Positions 61,001 to 64,000 of a stretch of 64,000 bases of DNA are shown here, piece after piece. Numbering within the stretch: the first letter of the stretch is position 1; each line of letters opens with the position of its first letter. The notes below the pieces were generated by a model. The model was not told where the DNA came from. It did not search any database and saw only the letters and a program-made list of their open reading frames with translations. Origin of the DNA: Protoeuglena noctilucae (Eukaryota); NCBI GenBank assembly GCA_958009085.1, contig OY253682.1, positions 434,001-498,000 of the forward strand. The letters run 5' to 3'. A program made the position numbers and the translations under genes.

Positions 61001-63389
61001 GTCTTTGCTTGGCTGTTCTGTTTGGTTTTTAAACAGAGTGTCGCCCCCGCCCTTGCAGTCAAGGTCACGCCGGACATCAAAAGGCCCGGGAACTCGTCGC
61101 TGGTGCACGTGGACCTCGGCCGGGGCCGCAGGAGGCTCGGGGGCTCTGCGCTGGCGCACGTCTTTGCGCAGGTGGGTGCCAGGCTTGCAGCTTCTCTGTT
61201 TTGACACCTGCCTGGCAGCTGTCAGCACAGCACGCGCAGCGCCTGCTCTCTCTCTGTTGGTACATGCGCCCTCCATTGATGCGCATCGCGACGCTCGCTT
61301 CGTCACCTGCAGGTGGGCAACGTGAGCCCAGACGTGAAGGTCAGCGACCTGAAGGCCGGCTTCGAGGTCACGCAGCGGCTCCTGGCAGACGGCAAGCTCC
61401 TGGCGGGCCACGACGTCTCGGACGGTGGCATCGTGGTCACCGCCCTCGAGATGGCCTTCGCATCCAACAGGTGAGGCAGCAAGAAGGGCAGTGAGAGTGC
61501 TGAAATGGCCTTCGCGTCCAACAGGTGAGGCAGTGGCCCAACAGACGCAAGTCTGCTCATGCTATGCTCTTGTCTTATTGTAGCTATGTGAGCAACCCAG
61601 TCTCACTGCTTGTGGCCCGTCTCACCATGTAATGTACGCCCCTCCGCCCAGTGGCCTCGACGTGGACCTTCCGGCCCCTTCCGACCCCGCGGACGCCAAG
61701 TTCGGCCCCCTGGCGGCTCTCTTCGCCGAGGAGCTCGGGTGGGTGCTCGAGGTGGCCTCCGCCGACGCCGATGCGGTGGTGAAGGCGTATCGCGACGCGG
61801 GCGTGGAGGCACGGGTGGTCGGCAAGACCCTGGCAGGCGGTGACGTCACGTTCAAGGTGCGGCGGACTGCGCGGCTGCGACCTGCGCGCTCGCATTCCTG
61901 CTGTGGTTGGGCTCGGGAGACGTGAAGACCACACCCCCTCGCACGGTGGGTTTGCAGGTGGGCGGCGCGGTGCAGGTGCAAGGCCCGGTGACGAAGCTCC
62001 GGCAGTCGTGGGAGGAGACTGCGTTCGAGCTCGAGAAGCTGCAGTGCGCGGGTGAGGGCGCGGCTGCATCGGTGCGAGGGCTCGTTACGGTGCGGGGGCG
62101 TTAGCGGGTTGCGAGCAACCTGGCACATGGGGAGATGGGCATGGGAGCTTGAGAGCGCGACAACCGACTCTTCAGCAAACATAACTTGTCGTTATCCCTC
62201 CGCGTCTCGCGATGCCCGCAGAGGAGTGCGTTGAGTCGGAGCGTGCGTGCCAAGAGACGCGTGTTGCCCACACCTGGCGCACGTCCTTCACCCCGGCCTT
62301 CACGTCGCCGCAAGTGCTCGAGACCGCGAAGTCGCACCGCGTGGCCGTGATTCGCGAGGAGGGCTCCAACGGGGACCGTGAGATGGCCGCCGTGCTTCGT
62401 GCTTCGGGCCTCGAGCCATGGGACGTCCACATGTCCGACCTCCTCTCCGGCAAGGCCACCCTCGATGGCTTCTCCGGCATCGTCTTCGTCGGCGGCTTCT
62501 CTTACGCCGACGTCCTCGACTCGGGTGAGGCACAGCGTTGGCACGACGACACGGAGTTGGCACGACACGGTCACCCTGCAGCTGGGGTAGCAGAGTGCAC
62601 CGGGGTTGCACCACGCTCGCTGCCGGTTCCGTCGGCGCAGTGCGAACCCCTTTCCTCCTTACACCCTCTTGCAGCAAAGGGCTGGGCAGGCAGCATCCGC
62701 CTGAACCCGTCCCTGGCGGCTCAGTTCGAGGCCTTCTACGCCCGCCCCGACACCTTCTCGCTCGGCGTCTGCAACGGCTGCCAGCTCATGGCCCTCCTCG
62801 GCTGGGTGCCCGGCCTGGTCGCGGGCGGCCAGCGCCCCGCCGAGGTGCACCAGCCGCGGTTCGTCCACAACCGCAGCGGCCGCTTCGAGTTTCGCTTCAC
62901 CCAGGTCTCCATCGACGCGTCCCCCGCCATCCACCTCCGGGGCATGGAGGGCTCCTCCCTTGGCGTCTGGCTGGCGCACGGGGAGGGGCAGGCGCTCTTC
63001 CCCGACCCTGCCGTCCTCGAGACGGTGCGCCGCGACAAGCTGGCCCCCATCCGCTACGTGGACCCGACGGGGAAGCAAACGGAGCAGTACCCCTTCAACC
63101 CCAACGGCAGCCCCGAGGGCATCGCGGCCCTCTGCAGCCCCTGCGGCCGGCACCTGGCCCTCATGCCCCACCCGGAGCGGTGCTTCCTCGGATGGCAGCT
63201 GCCCTACCTCGAGGGTACGGGCTTCTCGGTGCGTGCCGGGTTGGTGTCTCGCGCGCAGTGTCGAGAGATGAGTTTGATATCTTTCGATGCACACGCTCCG
63301 ACCCCCCCTCGCAGGCCAAGGGACCGGGGCCGTGGCTCAAGCTCTTCCAGAACATGCGCTCGTGGCTGAACGAGGTTCGCGCAGAGTAG
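55013..63389 (+). CDS. PFAS: Phosphoribosylformylglycinamidine synthase (large single-chain PurL/PFAS), ~25 introns; first exons uncertain
   Basis: [134 protein letters not shown]. Confidence 0.96.
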
Positions 63390-63532
63390 CCGGCGCTTGC
63401 GCCGGCGTTGAATCTAGAGTAAGATGGGCGGTTAAACGGGACAGAACGCGGGCAAGGTGGTGGAAGCCCGTGTTGGGCAGAAACTGGATAGATATATGCA
63501 TCTAAAAGCGGGAAGGTAGTTATCGCAATTTC

Positions 63533-63606
63533 GGGGTTGTGGACTAGTGGCCTATGTTGTCTGCTTTGGGTGCAGAAGGTCCCGGGTTCGAATCCCGGCT
63601 ACCCCC
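63533..63606 (+). tRNA. trnP-UGG: tRNA-Pro(UGG)
   Basis: GGGGTTG/CTACCCC acceptor stem (one U:U), anticodon arm TCTGC-TTTGGGT-GCAGA, T arm CCGGG-TTCGAAT-CCCGG. No intron. Confidence 0.93.
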
Positions 63607-63610
63607 TTTT
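63607..63610 (+). terminator. RNA polymerase III oligo-T terminator
   Basis: TTTT immediately after the tRNA discriminator base, followed by a further T-rich tract. Confidence 0.6.
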
Positions 63611-64000
63611 GTGTTTCTTCGGGATTTGCCGTTTTGATGACGGAAAGTTGTTTCTTTTGTTTTCTTTTATGCGCGGGGTGCAAGAACCCGGCGTGGGGGG
63701 ACTCGGACGCGCGATGGCGCGATCCGCCGGCCGCCTCCTCGTGGCGCCCTCTGGACACCGCGCCTTTATGGCCGGTGACGAAGAGCCGGTTCACAAAAAA
63801 TGGCGCGGTGGCGCGCAGTGCGGTGGTTCGGCGGTGGTTTGGCCAAGGTGGAGGCTGGCGAGTTGGCGAGGGGGTGCGGTTGGGTGTTTTGCGTGCATTC
63901 GCGACGGCTGAGGCGGTCGCATATCCCCTGGCAGGCGCCAGGCGGCAGCACGACGCGCTCGAGTTCTGCTGGTCGGGACAAGCCGCGCCCCCGAGTCTAG

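Noticed and set aside
16..64000. Hundreds of long overlapping Arg/Pro/Gly-rich ORFs in the six-frame track
   Set aside because: These are shadow frames caused by high GC and stop-codon scarcity. The real genes are spliced and identified by family motifs.
63611..64000. Possible gene start after the tRNA
   Set aside because: The short ORFs have no recognisable similarity and cannot be supported within the window.

Overview
High-GC, very gene-dense eukaryotic nuclear DNA with many short spliceosomal introns. The organism is a flagellated alga-like protist: GAS8/DRC4 is present and the FGAM synthase is plant-type with a probable transit peptide; a green alga is inferred, not proven. I reconstructed about 18 spliced protein genes by hand. 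In order: LanC-like (runs off the left edge), a long low-complexity unknown, a ~44-aa-repeat probable ciliary protein, MiaB/CDK5RAP1, RPF1, V-ATPase B, DSS1/SEM1, NOP16, GRWD1, DDB1, DDRGK1, a ~1717-aa UPF1/DNA2-type SF1 helicase with an unrecognised ~1180-aa N-terminus, RAD54B-like, an Ig-like multi-TM protein, a small secreted Cys-rich peptide precursor, PRP19, GAS8/DRC4 and PurL/PFAS, plus tRNA-Pro(UGG). Most notable: (1) a three-exon 84-aa secreted peptide precursor that no single ORF in the track shows, with twin RYxxWT motifs and a C-terminal CHC...CC-Gly; (2) many GC-AG introns; (3) the intron-poor orphan-N-terminus helicase; (4) three -1 frame breaks at G-runs, probably assembly errors. 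Exon boundaries were read by eye and no database searches were run.
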